Shown here: positions 37,433-50,772 of the stretch, piece by piece | Position numbering within the stretch: position 1 is the first letter of the stretch | Layout of the letters: each line of letters opens with the position of its first letter | Source: Octopus vulgaris | Taxonomy: Eukaryota | Assembly: GCA_951406725.2 (NCBI GenBank) | Contig: OX597833.1 | Span: forward strand, 38,874,001-38,938,000 | DNA: 64,000 nucleotides | Direction: 5' to 3' | Made by a program: the position numbers and the translations under genes | The notes under the pieces: generated by a model | What the model was told of the DNA's origin: nothing | What the model saw: only the letters and a program-made list of their open reading frames with translations | The model's database searches: none

Positions 37433-38514
37433 AATGATAGCAATAATAATAAATAAATAAAAATGATAATAGTAAAATCTACTATAAATTAAAGAATCAT
37501 GATTTTAGAGAAACTCAAGATTTGATATGTTAACCTGATGTGCATGTGTGTGCGTGTGTGTGCATGCATGTGTGTGTGTGTGCATGAATATGAACAAAGC
37601 TACTTATGATCTATTGGATGTATAGCGTGATCTCAGAGATGTACTCCATGTCAGATAAGAAGGTTAGGACATGCAAGATAAACTGTATGGTACTGATGCA
37701 AACATACGATGGGAGTGGGATGGGGTGCTGACTGCCAATGTATGCACTGAATACCAGACACTCAAGATAGTTATGATGATGATAATACTGCATTGCCTAA
37801 AACACATAAAAACAGCAAATATTTTATACAGCTTATGAAATACAATATCCATGTTTCATTTAATTTTTTTTTCAAATAATCAAAAATTTGAAAGGGTTTA
37901 CAAACTTCCCATTATTAAACTGATGTTTTGGAAAACAATGAAATGTCTTTATTAAAAGTTGGTGCTTGGAAGATAACTTCAGAAAAGGTTCTTGAAGAAA
38001 ATTATGATAGAAGGATGAGATTTAAGTGTAATCACTTTAAACCAGCTTTGTATCACAGAAGCAAGGGTGATCACAAACAGATTGTTTTCAAAAGGGTTCA
38101 AAGGAGTTCAAAGTAAAATCACAAAAGGAATTTCATACCATCATCTCAAAATTATATCTCACCCACTATGAAAGAAAAAAGCAACATGAAATAATAGTAA
38201 TATCAATGTAAGCACCACAAGATCCTGTCATTGTTGTGGTGAGGTAGTTTGACCCTGAGATTTATGCCAGTAGATGGCAAGTTACTAGCAGGGCCTCTTT
38301 TCTGAATAGGTCAAAGGATAGGGGGCCAAACTTAATACTGACTACCTCGTCCCAGATGATAAAAATGGATTTGTGCAGAACCCTATCTAGAGAAACACAA
38401 AATTACAGAAGCACCAATGATGATTCAAAACCAACAAGACCTAGGAGCAAGCCCAAAGTCAAGAACAATGGAAAATAGTCATCAATGGCCTAAGTTCCAT
38501 AAGAAGCAATGGGC

Positions 38515-38730
38515 TTAACCCTTTAGCATTCAGATTATGAATTCAAATATAATGATTTTTCATTCACATTGTTTTTATTTAATCATGCATTGACTTGTAG
38601 CATGATGTGATTGTATATTTTTAGAATGACATTGAAGGGTAGGTGTGATAGGCTGGATTTGGCTGGTTTGAACATAAAACAGGTAGCGTATTTGGGTCAG
38701 ATATAGCCCATTTAAATGTAAATGAGTTAA
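38515..38730 (-). mobile_element. piggyBac-type MITE, older copy
   Basis: ttaaccctttagc...gagttaa; colinear with the family. Confidence 0.75.
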
Positions 38731-38869
38731 GTAAGTAGATAATGATATGAGAAGAAATGTCATCAGTTACAGGAAGAGCACCTGATTGTAAAATACTGCC
38801 TCAAATAAGTGTCCATGCAACCTATATTAGCATAAAACAATAGATGAGAAATGAATGAATGAATATACA

Positions 38870-39000
38870 TCTCTCTCTATATAAACGGCAGTTTGTCTGT
38901 GCGTTTTCTGTGTGTCTGTTTTCTCGTACCCTCACCCTGACCACGGCTTTCAACCGATTCTGATGAAACTTGACACACACATAGCCCAATGTCATAATTT
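38870..39000 (+). mobile_element. Helitron 5' fragment
   Basis: Near-identical to the reverse complement of 11030-11160. Confidence 0.85.
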
Positions 39001-39231
39001 ACATATATTATGAATCTGAGACTTTATTTGGTTACTGCTTAGATTCGCATAGATTGCTTGATGTTTGACAAGTGCTTCACACAAAACTCATATTAACAGC
39101 AAAAAGAAGCCTCAACTTCATATATGAATATCTAAACTGTACTCCATGTTTTTGGTACATTTTTGCATTCATCAGTAATTATGCAGCTATATTGATTTTA
39201 ATGTATGAGTTTCTGACGATGCCTTTTAGGG

Positions 39232-39790
39232 TAGAAACATGTGTCCACAGCTGCCTTTGTGTCTCCAAGCAACCGAATGGTGTGTCAATTTTGAAGAATT
39301 CTAGATTCTTGAGATTATCTCCCCTTCTCATTTTGAGTTAGTAGGAAATGCCACCAAACAATTGTTTTACCTTCTCTGGAAGCACAGATAATTTAGATAA
39401 ATCAAGAGTCTTGTAGGGTGTTTAATACACCTTCATTGTTCAAATGCACTCTGACTTATTTTGCTTCACTCACTTTTTATTTAAATTATACAAATTACCT
39501 AAGCCACATAAGTGTTTTGTGCTTTTTTGAAATATCATCTAAGCATCTCATCTGCAGGAGACAAGGTACAATAACTGCTTCACTGGTAACAGCTACTGAG
39601 GGAGAAACAAGTGTCTACAGCTGTCCTCTCGTCTCCAGACAACTAGATTGTCCTTTCCTTACTGGAATGTCAATTTTGGAGAATTTCTGATTCTTTAAAT
39701 TATCTTTCCTTCTAATTTGGAGTCGGTCCCAATAGCCATCAAGCAGTCGTCTTCACCTTTCTTGGAAGATAATTTAATAAATCAAGAATT
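39232..39790. repeat. Diverged ~180-bp direct repeat (39232-39410 / 39602-39790)
   Basis: Shared agaaacaWgtgtcYacagctg...gtcaattttgRagaatt...gataattta..taaatcaaga. Confidence 0.7.
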
Positions 39791-40545
39791 TATCTTAAAT
39801 AGTATTTAGTATACCTTTATTTGTCTCAGTGGTACTAACTCTTTCCCTCGGGAAATCACACACACATCAAATCTAACAAAGAGAACAAAAGAAACCCAGT
39901 TGGTTGTTTTCATAATATACTTAAGGCAATTTTCAATAAAAAGCAATGAAATGATAAACTGAGAAGAAAAGGAGGATGTAAATAATAAGGTCCTTTTCTC
40001 AATGCGCAGAAGTGAGAAGGTTGTGTCCAACAGTACCAAACTTGTAGACATGCTTTAGTTACTATAGTGGAGTGAGTAGAAGGGGCCCGTGTAAGAGGAT
40101 GGTAGAAAAGTTGGGGGAGCTGAACAAACAGCTGATAAAAAAAAAATCAATATCACCTTCAATTGCACCCCACTTTCTATCATCCTACACTCTGTTTTTA
40201 CTACAACCACCACCCTCATACCAAATACAGCACAATGTCAAACTAAGGGTGTGGATTGAGGAAGGTTACTATTGGCCATGAGCAGCTAGGTGGATGGGTA
40301 GAATACAAATAAGTTACCTCAAAAATTTATTAGAAGAGAGGAAAAAGGATAGAAGAAAAAAACAAAGCACGTAGGTGTGTGTGAATGTATGTGCAAGAGA
40401 GAGTATGTGTGATATTCATTATCATCCTCATTTTACATGGTTCAGAGTTTAATTGAGGCAGATTATCTACAGCTGGATGCCCTTCCTGTCACCGACCCAT
40501 AACTTATGCTTCCCAATATATTTCAACAGAATATGAGAAATGAAC

Positions 40546-41789
40546 ATTTCGTGCATGTGCATTGTTTGTTTTTGATTTTGTTGACTACACAGTATAATAG
40601 GGTCAGTTGGGCACCGTCTGTGAGAAAAACAGCACCATGACACAATTCACTCTGCCAGAAATTTGGAAGTGACATGCTGTACTGATTAGCATTCATGCCG
40701 GAAGCTCCAATACAAACATTTCAAGGTGCTTGGGTGACAATCTTGGAAAGAATTGGATGAGTCTAATAGTGATTACGAAGGTATGACAGATTGGAAAACT
40801 CACTCTGATTGTTCTGATTAGAAAAGAACTCTCGAATTTATTGGTGAGATCCAGACCATAGTTGACAATGATCCCTCCAAGTCCATCAGATCCATAGCCA
40901 GGGACATGGGAATGTCTGAGTTTCTCAGACAGTACATGAAGGCAGCTAGTACATGAAGGCATTTGGTATTCATCATACAAGATGCAAAAGGGCCAATTTT
41001 TATCCCAAACCATCAAGGTCAAGAGGAAAGACTACGCTACAAAGCCTTTGAACAAACTAAAACATCCCCTCCAACTGAACATGCTTTGGGGTTTTCTCAG
41101 ACAAGAAAAAATTCTGCCATTATCAGACAGCGAATATACAGAACAACTGTTGGCTCGCTGTGACCCTAAAACATGTACAGAGAGTGATAAAAATCAAACA
41201 TCCAGTCAACATTATGGTGTTTGGAATGATCACTAGTGACGGTGACATTATGCCTCCATTCATCTTCCCACACAGCCTCAGACTCAACACGGAGGCCTGC
41301 ATCAATTGCCTGACGAGGTAGTGCTGCCCTGGGTCAAGAGGGTGGCTGCTGGAAGCCCCTATCTCTAGCAACAGGACTCTGCACTATACCACACAAGCAG
41401 GAGAACCCAGTTGTGACTGTCAGACAATTTCTGCAACCACATCACCCCTAACATCTGGTCACTTAACTACCCAGACTGTAACCCCCTTGATTATTATGTG
41501 TGGGGTACAGTTGAAGGAGAGAACAAGAAAACTCTTTGTAACACCTAAGATGAACTGAAGGCAAGGATTATGGCAGCATTCACCAACAAGGGAACAGTCC
41601 AGAAGAGCTGCAGAAGATTCCAGAATCATCTGGAGGCCATGGTTGAAGCCAATGGCAATTTTATTGAATAAATTTACTATTTAGTATTTCAAAATATTTC
41701 TGTGTAATTTTGGTAAATATATCTGTTAAAATGAGATGTTAGTGTTATTCATTTTTGCATAATTTAGATGACAATTTATTCACTGCAAC

Positions 41790-41793
<4 letters not shown>
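40546..41793 (+). mobile_element. DD37D (maT) transposon relic with a disrupted transposase (~40637-41670)
   Basis: QQD-SALYHTSRRTQL*LSDNFCNHITPNIWSLNYPDCNPL-DYYVWG gives 37 residues between the catalytic Ds. Right end ...caacctg|ta; the left TIR is missing. Confidence 0.9.
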
Positions 41794-41794
<1 letters not shown>

Positions 41795-41837
<43 letters not shown>

Positions 41838-42050
41838 ATGTGTGTGTGTGTGTGTGTGTGTTTGTCCCCATATTACCGCTTGACAACTGGTGTTGTTTAC
41901 GTCCCCGTAACTTAAGTATTTCGGCAAAAGTGTTCAATAGAATAAGTACTAGACTTTAAAAAAATAAGTCCTGGAGGTGATTTGACATAAAAACCCTTCA
42001 AGGTGGTGCTCCAGCATGGTTGCAGTCAAATGACTGAAAAGAATAAAAGA
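41795..42050 (+). mobile_element. SINE family A1 3' half
   Basis: tttgtccccatattaccgcttgacaactggtg...aaatgactgaaa. Confidence 0.8.
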
Positions 42051-42073
42051 ATATATATATATATATATATATA

Positions 42074-42483
42074 GGCGCAAGAGTGGCTGTGTGGTAAGTA
42101 GCTTGCTAACCAACCACATGGTTCCGGGTTCAGTCCCACTGAGTGGCATCTTGGGCAAGTGTCTTCTGCTATAGCCCCAGGCCAACCAATACCTTGTGAG
42201 TGGATTTGGTAGACGGAAACTGAAAGAAGCCCGTCGTATATATGTATATATATATATGTGTGTGCATGTGTGTTTGTGTGTCTGTGTTCGTCCCCCTAGC
42301 ATTGCTTGACAACCGATGCTGGTGTGTTTATGTCCCCGTCACTTAGTGATTCAGCAAAAGAGACTGATAGAATAAGTACCGGGCTTACAAAGAATAAGTC
42401 CCGGGGTCGATTTGCTTGACTAAAGGCGGTGCTCCAGCATGGCCGCAGTCAACTGACTGAAACAAGTAAAAAAGAGTAAAAGA

Positions 42484-42484
<1 letters not shown>
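42074..42484 (+). mobile_element. tRNA-derived SINE family A1, full-length reference copy
   Basis: A-box tggctgtgtggt, B-box gggttcagtccc, central (TA)n(TG)n, and (gagtaaaa)n tail; about 20 or more full or partial copies in the window. Confidence 0.9.
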
Positions 42485-42526
<42 letters not shown>

Positions 42527-42527
<1 letters not shown>

Positions 42528-42756
42528 AACGTGGCTGTTGCCAGAACCGCCTGACTGGCCCTTGTGCTGGTGGCATGTAAAAGCACCACTGCACTCTTGG
42601 AGTGGTTGGCGTTAGGAAGAGCATCCATGTGTAGAAACTCTGCCAGATAATAGATAATATTGGAGCTTGGTGCAGCCATCTGGTTCGCCAGTCCTCAGTC
42701 AAATCGTCTAACCCATGCTAGCATGTGAAGCGGACGTTAAACGATGAATGATGATG
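42527..42756 (+). mobile_element. RTE LINE 3' tail
   Basis: gaacgtggc...gtgctggtggcatgtaaaagcacc...ggacgttaaacgatg. Confidence 0.8.
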
Positions 42757-43539
42757 CACACATTATATACACATATCCAATGAGATCATCCATGTCAGCT
42801 TGCATAAATGTGTTAGTGTGTACTTACTTTTGAACACACACACACACATCAGTACTCAAACAACATGCATATATATAGTTATGCACATACACCCACCCAC
42901 ACATGTTCACACAAGAGACTCTATGTGTGTGTGTGTGTGTGTGTGCATGCGCTATCACCTGTCAATCAAATGTACAAGCTGCAATGAAATTGGATATTGT
43001 ACAAAAAAAAAAGAAGTCAACTTACAAAAGTATACATGTAAACATAGAATACTCACACACACACAAACATGTAAACTAATACAAACACTCACAGCTCACA
43101 CATGTAAAGGGCAAACATACACACACATGTGCAAAGGACAAACACACCCACACGTCCACCTACACATATAAGCAAAGGATAAATACACCCACACGTCAAT
43201 CAATCAATTCCAGCTGCCTGATCACAATTGGTGTTATCAAGGATTTTTTTACCAGTGAGGAAATCAGAGAGATTCAGAGAATGTGTGTGTGTGTGTGTGT
43301 GTGTGTCTGAGAGAGAGAGAGCGAGAGCGAATGGATAGGTAGAATAAAGCATCATACACATAAGCTAAGTAAAAGGGAGGAGGCATTTGGAAAGAAAGAA
43401 AATGAAGAAACAGGATGTTTGTATGAAGGGCTGGTGGTGGTGATGGTGGGAGTAGTAGCAGCAACAGCAGTAGTAATATAAAGGCAGCTAAAATTATATT
43501 GTACCTACTTTACTCGCTTCATAGCACTTTAACTAGCTT

Positions 43540-43559
43540 GTGTGTGTGTGTGTGTGTTT

Positions 43560-43604
<45 letters not shown>

Positions 43605-43770
43605 CCACATACAGACGTCAAAAATAAATAGACACCACAGTTTCTATGTATATGTATATATATGTATCTATGCATGTGTATATATATATGTATATATACG
43701 TGTGTGTGTACATATGTATATGTATCTATGCATATGTATATATATATGCATATATACGTGTGTGTGTGTA

Positions 43771-43816
<46 letters not shown>

Positions 43817-43875
43817 TATAAGGGATGTTTATGTACTACTGAGGCGTATGTGTGTGTATATATATATACACACAC
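43540..43875. repeat. Compound (TG)/(TA)/(CA) microsatellite field
   Basis: Directly visible. Confidence 0.9.
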
Positions 43876-44402
43876 AGGGGTGTCTATATACTTTTGAGAT
43901 GTTTGTGGGTGTATGTATGTGTGTATGTATGTATGGGTATAAATATATGAAATTATTAAATATCTACAATTGCTGTGGTTGAAGTTGATGCCTATGAATC
44001 CTCCAAGTTTGACTTTCTTCTCAGAACACAAGAGATACACCAGAGTGGATTGATATATCTTCACCACCACCACCACCATCATCATAATCATCATCAATAT
44101 TATTAATACCATCACCAATATCATTAACATTATTATTTTTATTGAAGGCTTTACTTTCTTTCTTTCCCACTCACTTTCCACTTCCATATGTGTGTGTATG
44201 TGTGTGTGTGTGTGCAAACGTAATCCTAATTTTACTATACAAAAGAAAAAGAAAAAAATGAAAATAACAGAAATCTAAATCAATAAAAAAAACTTTGTTC
44301 CTAATATAAATATTTGAACTGTGTTATATTTACTGAATAGAAAAAGGAAAATGCATTTACCTGAATTATGTTTTATTCTAATGTTTGTGTGAGCACATAC
44401 AT

Positions 44403-44446
<44 letters not shown>

Positions 44447-45242
44447 TGTAAGCATATAAAATGTGTTAATATGAAAGAGGAGAGGAAGTTTCATGAAAGG
44501 AAGAGAAACAGTAGAAGCTATAAAGATGAAGGGAAGGAGGGTCAGAGAGAGAGGGGGAGGAGATAGAGAGACAACAGCATGGAGAAAGAAATGCAGGGTG
44601 TGAAAGGGATAAAAAAAAGGAGATAAAACAACAATAAAGAAAAAAAAACCAGTTGAAATAAAAGAAACAGAAAAAAAACCCCAGTGAGAAATAGAGTTGA
44701 ACTAGAAAGGGAATGAAAAATAAAACAAGAGTAGGGAAGAAATAGAATTAAACAGAATTATGAAAAAGGGAGAGGGAAAGAAAGAAACGACCTAAACGAA
44801 TGAAAGGGATGTATAAAATGTGCAGTGAAAAAATATAAAACATGAGAGAAATATATAGAAAGCGAAGGACAATGTATGACAGCTTAAATATTTTTGTTTC
44901 ATCATTGTCATTATTTAACATCTAGTTTCCATGCTGGCCTGGGTTGGACAGCTCGACAGAAGCTGGTGAGCCTGAGGACTGTGCCAAACTCTATCTTCTG
45001 CTTTGGCATGGTTTTTATAACTGGACGCCCTTCCTAATGCATGTACTGGATGCTTTTTAAATGGCACCAGCACCAGTGGACTCACCAAGTACCTTGCAAG
45101 CCTATTTCGAAGGTTGCTGAAGAGGCAGGCCAATACTCACAGCTTTTTCAGTTTAAGCGTAAGCTTGTCGTTCAAGAATCTACACAGAAAGACCAAAACA
45201 GTTTCCAATTAACTAAAGCAACATACGTAAGCTTGAATGTAT

Positions 45243-45652
45243 TCTTTTACTTGTTTCAATCAGCTGACTGTGGCCATGCTGGAGCACTGCCTTAAAGAGG
45301 TTTTAGTCGGAGAAATTGACCCCGGGACAAATTCTTTCTAAGTGTTGTACTTATTCTATTGGTCTCTTTTGCCAAATAACTTTTGTTATGGGGATGTAAA
45401 CACACCAACATTTGTTGTTAAGCAATGGTGGGGGGGGGGGCAAACACAGACACAAAGACACACACATAAATATACACACACACACACACATATATATATA
45501 TATGACGGACTTCTTTCAGTTTCCGTCTACCAAATCCACTCACGAAGCTTTGGTCGGCCTGAGGCTATAGTAGAAGACACTTGTCCAAGGTGCTATGCTG
45601 TGGGACTGAACCCAAAGCCATGTGGTTGGGAAGCAAGCTTCTTACCACAAAA
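45243..45652 (-). mobile_element. SINE family A1
   Basis: Reverse complement of the family consensus; explains the 161-aa pseudo-ORF. Confidence 0.85.
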
Positions 45653-46349
45653 CCATGAGCTGAGGAAGAATGATTTTTTTTTTCTACTTTTTTACTTTGA
45701 TTTGAAGAAAAGGATTGTACCTATGGCCTTTGTAGACCCTCAGAGATTTATAAGATCAACATGGTTGATGTCCTTTCTGAATAGTTTTATGTCATTCATT
45801 AGCTGTGGGGAAAAAAATCTCAAGTAAGGAGGGAATTTCTGAGGGATAACATTCATGGAAGGAAGGAAGGAAGGACCAAGGAACTGTGATTAGTGCAGAG
45901 TCGAGGTAGAGAGGATGAGAGGCAGGAGACAATTAAACCAAGTGTGCTTGAGTAGAGTTGGTATGAGACTAACCAGTTACCAGGAGCAGAAACAATTGTA
46001 TCAACAACAGAAAAAAGTGGAGATTTGATTGTCTATTGAATCAACTATGGTTAGTTGTATCACTCAGGGTAAAACCATCAGAAAAATCAGTGTTTAGATG
46101 TCTGATGAAACCAATCTTTAATCACTCTTGATCTTCATGGCAAGTACTTCCTTGTTACAGCTCATCAGAACAGAATTTTGGTAATCAGTGACCTTGCATG
46201 GGGTTTCTATGACCATAGGTGGAATTACAATGACAAATTCAGAGGCGTTTAATAATAGAAGCTATTATCTTCGTCAGCGGTTGTATCTTCAACCAAATAT
46301 GAGTGAAGTCTAATGTGAAACAAATATATATATATATATATATATGTGT

Positions 46350-46636
46350 GTGGAAGTGCAATGGCCCAGTGGTTAGGGCAGCGGGCTCGTGGTCGTAGGA
46401 TCGCGGTTTTGATTCCCAGACCGGGCGTTGTGTGTGTTTATTGAGCGAAAACACCTAAAAGCTCCACGAGGCTCCGGCAGGGGATGGTGATCCCTGCTGT
46501 ACTCTTTCACCACTCTTTCTTCTGTTGGCCTGCTCGCTTAGCCAGCGGGGTGGCGTCATTCGAAGGCTAAAACAATGTGAACGCATTGTAACCAGCGATG
46601 TGTAGCAACATCTGATGGTCTGGTCGGTCACGTGAT
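46350..46636 (+). mobile_element. tRNA-derived SINE family C (alternative 3' half), inside (TA)n
   Basis: The first ~160 bp match 14595-14755; the 3' half is different and ends gtcggtcacgtgat. Confidence 0.85.
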
Positions 46637-47275
46637 ATATATATATATATATCATGCTCAGTATCCCAACACACTGGCTGTTGAAAAGCTTGAGCTCTAT
46701 GACCTTAAGGGCAGCAATCCAACCCCTTTAATTTCATAGAGACAATATTGATTAACATTATGAAAGCGTGTACAAGGATGTATTCACTTTTCACCTTCAA
46801 ATAAATGACATTCATACTTTACTCTTGTTACTAAATTCTCAGACAGTTATTCACAACTAGAAATGTTTTTAGACATACGTAGATTTTGAAAGATCAGGTG
46901 TTGCTAGTTCTCTCATTTATACAAAGGAGTAATGGATTAGAAATAAGATTATGAATAAAGTCAATACAGTCAAGAAGAGAAGATCACAGAATCACCACAG
47001 ATGGTGGTGGTGGTGGTTAGTTATATATGTCTGTGTATATGTGTGTGTGTTATGTTCTTGTACGAAGGTAAACACTTTACCAAGGTTACGAACAACACAT
47101 ATATACATTAACACACATGCACATATATATATGTATATGTGTGTGTATAGATGCAGGTGTGGTCTGTGGTTATGAGGTTTGCTTCTCAATCATTGTTGCT
47201 TTTTAGGTTCAGTCCCACTGTGTGGTATCCTGGGCAAGTGTTTTCTACTGTAGCCCCAGGTTGATCAAAGCTTTC

Positions 47276-47396
47276 TGAATGGATTTGGTAGATGGAAGAA
47301 ACCAGTTGTGTGTGTACATTATATATATATATATATATATATACAATGTACACACACAACTGGTTTCTTTCATCTTCCATCTACCAAATCCATTCA
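47276..47396. repeat. Fold-back palindrome of a family A SINE segment centred on (TA)n
   Basis: Arms 47276-47320 / 47345-47396 differ by a 7-bp indel. Confidence 0.9.
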
Positions 47397-48616
47397 TATA
47401 TATATACACACACACATATACATATACGTGTGTGTGTGTATATATATATATATATATTGTGTGTGTGTGTGTATAATTGAAAAAATTCATTATAGGTATA
47501 ATGATATAAAGATACCATAAACAAGTATAAAAACGGAGAAAATATGTTAAAATCAAAATTGAGTTTAATACAAAATTGAATTCAATACATATGCACGTTT
47601 CAAAAGACAATACAAATATTTAAGAAATAATAATAATAATAATTAGAGTTATGCATTGACATTCTTATCAGTGTGAAGAATTTTTAGGAAGAACATCAAA
47701 AAAGTTATTAATTCAATAAGGAAAAACAGATGGGATAATAGGGAAAAATTAAACTGGATATCTACAAATAAGTTGTAAAAGGGAAAAATAATATGAGAGA
47801 TGAAAAAGAAAGACATCAATGCGTATGCAAGTCTATTTGAGCAAAAAGCTAGAACTTAAAAAGTCTAACGGATATATTTAAAAAATAGAAAAAGATCGAG
47901 ACAAAACACAATGTAAACAAAAACACGTGTGTCCAGCAGATATAAACAACACATTCACTAACAGAAAAAAGCCACAGAGAGTCAGACATATACATATTTA
48001 TAGTGAAAAAAAAACAATAATAAATATATTATTAGAAGCTTCTAGCTAAATAACAAAACTATATTTAAATTGATTCAATATTTGAACATATATGATGTAT
48101 TCGAAAAAAATCTCCCACTCATAAATTGCCCGGCTCAAGGGAGACATTCAAAAATGAATAAGAAACAAATATACGAAGGAAAAATATTAATTCACAAGGA
48201 ATAAATATGTATACACCTAATACATAAGAATATACACACATACATACACACATACTCATACATACATACACATGCATGCATGTGTATGGGAAGATACAAA
48301 CATAATATAACAAATACGTATTCATATAAATATATATACATACAGAAATATATATACATACACACACACATATATATACATACATAAATACATACAACAC
48401 ATACATACATGCACACATTCACATATACATATACACACATGCACAAAAATATACACACACACTAAATATATACGAATAAATCACACATACATAGAGATAT
48501 ACACATATATACATATATATATTATATATATGCACACACACACACATATATATATACATACATATATACATATACCATACATACACATATACATACATTT
48601 TATATATATATATATA

Positions 48617-48846
48617 TTTCTTTACTACCCACAAGGGGCTAAACATAGTAGGGACAAACAAGGACAGACAAACGGATTAAGTCGATTATATCGACCCCTT
48701 TGCGAAACTGGTACTTTATTTATCGACCCCGAAAGGATGAAAGGCAAAGTCGACCTCGGCGGAATTTGAACTCAGAACGTAACGACAGACGAAATACCGC
48801 GAAGCATTTTGCCCGGCGCGCTAACGTTTCTGCCAGCTCGCCGCCG
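48617..48846 (-). mobile_element. SINE family B monomer, young, inside (TA)n
   Basis: CpG-rich; ends gccagctcgccgcc. Confidence 0.9.
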
Positions 48847-48885
48847 TAAATATATATATATATATATATATATACATACACACAC

Positions 48886-49082
48886 ATGACCCCTCTGTCC
48901 GGCATTCGCCATGACAGACTGCTAGCCACTACACATCTTTATTTTCTCTCCTTGTTTCTTTCTGTGGAAGGGCATAGGCTTGAAATATTAAAGACTATTT
49001 CACTTCCCTAGTGTTAAACTATTACATCTGTTTGTTGTCTACACCACTTGTCTTCGTCCTTTGTTTTTTTGTGAATTCCCAC
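48886..49082 (+). mobile_element. Solo pseudo-LTR related to the Penelope-like element at 54-56.5 kb
   Basis: ctgtggaagggcataggcttgaaatattaaagact...aaactattaca...tgtcttcgtcctttgttttt matches 56450-56550. Confidence 0.6.
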
Positions 49083-49083
49083 A

Positions 49084-49146
<63 letters not shown>

Positions 49147-49250
49147 CATATGTTTTTTTATTCTCTCTGTTTATTTTCTTTATCCTTTTCTGCTTGTTAT
49201 TCATACACCTGTCTTCCTCTTCCAGTAAATTTCAACTATATATATACATA

Positions 49251-50095
49251 CTACCTGACGTACTCAGTAATTCCTGGGAAAGCACAGCTTATCCCTTGGT
49301 TCCGCTCTCATAATTGTTTCGCTAATCCAATAACAACAATACAAAGTATGTAGCCCTTAAAATGGTTTCTGTACATTTCCAGAGAATACTGAACTGTCTT
49401 ACACAGGATTTTGTTTTTAGGAATTCCCACTAAGTTATGAATACCCAAATAGCAAAGTTAGTTATGTAATAACATGAAATTATTTACCCGATAGTAAGAA
49501 TTCAAATAAAGTAGCCACGAAAAGGGTTTTAATGCTTTCTCAGAGTACATAGAACATAGGAGGAAATACTAATAAGGTATGTATATTAAAATCGTGAAGC
49601 ATGTTATATAATAACAGGCTAATCAGATATGAGATAATAACAATTCAAAGTAAATAACCCTGAAAAGGGCTTTTGTGCGTTCGCAGAGAATATTACCCTC
49701 AGTGGTGCTAGTGTTGGTATATTCGTGAATAAGTCACTAACTGCAATAAGTGGATCTATTGTTTAAGAAAAAATACTACTTACTTGTTTAAGGGTTGTAC
49801 TGGATAAATTGTGAAATTAACTAATAGTTCAAATACTAGGAAATAAGCAAACTCAATTTCATTTAAACCACATAATTTAGGAAAATGAATGGGTTATTTC
49901 CCTTAGCTATATATAAGGATCCCTTCGAGGGGCCCTATTATAGATTTTTTCAACAATCTGAGTAAGCCACGAGGTTAACAGAAATGAATTCTAGTCACAT
50001 GTGAAGTTTCATCAAAATCGAAAAAATGATGTAGGATGAGTTAGCTAACAACTCCACAAACACACCCACAGACAGAATTTCTCACATATGTAGTA
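49251..50095 (-). mobile_element. Non-autonomous Helitron (family of 50773-51913), degenerate 3' end
   Basis: 5' end shared (tcacatatgtagta). The terminus ctacctgacgtactcagtaattcctggg resembles ctagctggtgaacccagtaattctcggg. Confidence 0.65.
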
Positions 50096-50372
50096 TATAT
50101 ATATATATGTGTGTGTGTATTTATATATATATACATATATGTATATACATGTGTACATATATATATGTATATATATATATATATATATGTATATAGATAT
50201 ATATATATATACACACGTATATGTGTATATATATATATATACACACACACATATATATATTATTCATATATATACACACACATATATATATATATACACA
50301 TATATATATGTATATACATATATGTATATTTATAGACACAGACACACACACATAAATAAATATATATATATA
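50095..50372. repeat. Compound (TA)n/(CA)n microsatellite
   Basis: Directly visible. Confidence 0.9.
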
Positions 50373-50740
50373 ATTGAAATTTACAGAAAAATGAAAGTTG
50401 AAGACAGGTGTATGAACAACAAGCAGGTGTATTAGTTTGATGCTCAGGGAATGAGAAAGTCTTTTATGTTTTAAGCCTATTCTCCTACAGAAAGGAAGAA
50501 AAGAAAATAAACAGAGAAGGAAACCGTGTGGATTTAGTGATCAAATATGGTAACTGGTTGGGAAAAAAGGTTTGACAGGAGAGGTAGAAAGAAGGGGAGA
50601 TAATATAGTATAGGTGATCCCAAAATGAAGGTGCATGTGTATGTGAGAATGTGTGTGTGGATAGGGGCTAGTGGTTTCGACATGTGGATGTGTATGCATC
50701 TATGTGTTAGTGTATGGATGATGGTGTGTGGGTGTGCAAA
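50373..50740 (-). mobile_element. Solo Penelope-like pseudo-LTR
   Basis: Reverse complement is colinear with 56270-56553. Confidence 0.7.
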
Positions 50741-50772
50741 TGATGGTACATATATATTTATATATATATATA

